This document shows positions 62,101-64,000 of a DNA stretch of 64,000 nt, piece after piece. Each line of letters opens with the position of its first letter. The first letter of the stretch is position 1. Under the pieces are notes generated by a model. It did no database searches. It was given only the letters and a program-made list of their open reading frames with translations, and had not been told where the DNA came from. Source of the DNA: Eledone cirrhosa (lineage: Eukaryota). The translations under genes and the position numbers were made by a program. The stretch spans positions 9,114,001 through 9,178,000 of the forward strand of contig OZ024744.1 in the NCBI GenBank assembly GCA_964016885.1, written 5' to 3'.

Positions 62101-64000
62101 CTACAACAACAACAACAGCGGCACCAATGTCTACAACAACAACAACACCGGCACCAATGTCTACAACAACAACAACAGCGGCACCAATGTCTACAACAAC
62201 AACAACAGCGGCACCAATGTCTACAACAACAACAACAACAGCGGCACCAATGTCTACAACAACAACAACAACAACGGCACCAATGTCTACAACAACAACA
62301 GCGGCACCAATGTCTACAACAACAACAACAGCGGCACCAATGTCTACAACAACAGCAACAACAGCGGCACCAGTGTCTACAACAACAACAGCGGCACCAA
62401 TGTCTACAACAACAACAACACCGGCACCAATGTCTACAACAACAACAACAACAGCGGCACCAATGTCTACAACAACAACAACAGCGGCACCAATGTCTAC
62501 AACAACAACAACAGCGGCACCAATGTCTACAACAACAACAACAGCGGCACCAATGTCTACAACAACAACAACAGCGGCACCAATGTCTACAACAACAACA
62601 ACACCGGCACCAATGTCTACAACAACAACAACAACAGCGGCACCAATGTCTACAACAACAACAACAGCGGCACCAATGTCTACAACAACAACAACACCGG
62701 CACCAATGTCTACAACAACAACAACAGCGGCACCAATGTCTACAACAACAACAACAGCGGCACCAATGTCTACAACAACAACAACAGCGGCACCAATGTC
62801 TACAACAACAACACCGGCACCAATGTCTACAACAACAACAACAGCGGCACTAATGTCTACAACAACAACAACAACAGCGGCACCAATGTCTACAACAACA
62901 ACACGGGCACCAATGTCTACAACAACAACAACAGCGGCACCAATGTCTACAACAACAACAAAACCGGCACCAATGTCTACAACAACAACAACAGCGGCAC
63001 CAATGTCTACAACAACAACAACACCGGCACCAATGTCTACAACAACAACAACAGCGGCACCAATGTCTACAACAACAACAACAGCGGCACCAATGTCTAC
63101 AACAACAACAACACAGGCACCAATGTCTACAACAACAACAACACAGGCACCAATGTCTACAACAACAACAACAACAGCGGCACCAATGTCTACAACAACA
63201 ACAACAACAGCGGCACCAATGTCTACAACAACAACAACACCGGCACCAATGTCTACAACAACAACAACAGCGGCACCAATGTCTACAACAACAACAACAA
63301 CACCGGCACCAATGTCTACAACAACAACAACAACAGCGGCACCAATGTCTACAACAACAACAACAACAGCGGCACCAATGTCTACAACAACAACAACAGC
63401 GGCACCAATGTCTACAACAACAACAACAATAGCGGCACCAATGTCTACAACAACAACAACAGCGGCACCAATGTCTACAACAACAACAACAACAGCGGCA
63501 CCAATGTCTACAACAACAACAACAGCGGCACCAACGTCTACAACAACAACAACAGCGGCACCAATGTCTACAACAACAACAACAGCTGCACCAATGTCTA
63601 CAACAACAACAACACCGGCACCAATGTCTACAACAACAGCAACAACAGCGGCACCAATGTCTACAACAACAACAACAGCGGCACCAATGTCTACAACAAC
63701 AACAACAGCGGCACCAATGTCTACAACAACAACAACACAGGCACCAATGTCTACAACAACAACAACACCGGCACCAATGTCTACAACAACAACATCAGCG
63801 GCACCAATGTCTACAACAACAACAACACCGGCACCAATGTCTACAACAACAACATCAGCGGCACCAATGTCTACAACAACAACAACACCGGCACCAATAT
63901 CTACAACAACAACAACAGCGGCACCAATGTCTACAACAACAACAACAGCGGCACCAATGTCTACAACAACAACACCGGCACCAATGTCTACAACAACAAC
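14141..64000 (+). repeat. Satellite array B: same ~30-bp monomer, ~50 kb, on the order of 1,600 monomers, with kb-scale higher-order duplications; runs off the window end
   Basis: Directly visible. It starts at ...caacatctgt|aatgtctacaac and has the same orientation and frame phase as array A. Confidence 0.99.

Noticed and set aside
1-64000. CRISPR-like array (constant GCGGCACCAATGTCT with variable intervals)
   Set aside because: The intervals are just (ACA)n runs, not unique spacers. There are no cas genes and the context is eukaryotic.

Overview
Eukaryotic, repeat-derived DNA with no recognisable host gene. The AT-rich, (TA)/(TG)-dense spacer resembles mollusc or octopus genomes, but that is only an impression. 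About 85% of the window is one ~30-bp satellite, (ACA)4-8 GCG/CCG GCA CCA ATG TCT, in two blocks (1-4411 and 14141-64000). The first block runs with no junction into a Tx1/L1-group non-LTR retrotransposon. That element has a frameshifted ORF1 with a CCHC knuckle, an intact APE-RT-zinc-finger ORF2 (6245-9661), AATAAA and an (ATT)n tail. The ORF track shows the satellite as a Thr-rich 'mucin'. The frame that is actually continuous with LINE ORF1 is the unlisted Asn-rich frame (NNNNSGTNVY)n, so the satellite appears to be a hugely expanded coding repeat inside ORF1. Rare variant monomers at the window start recur exactly 61,284 bp later. This implies a ~61-kb duplicated unit (~51.5 kb satellite + LINE + ~4 kb spacer) and predicts a second LINE body just beyond the window. 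The spacer holds microsatellites, a perfect 258-bp palindrome, a 34-bp inverted repeat, and two convergent Helitron relics, one of which has lost its helicase core. All variant, stop-codon and offset statements come from reading by eye, not from computation.
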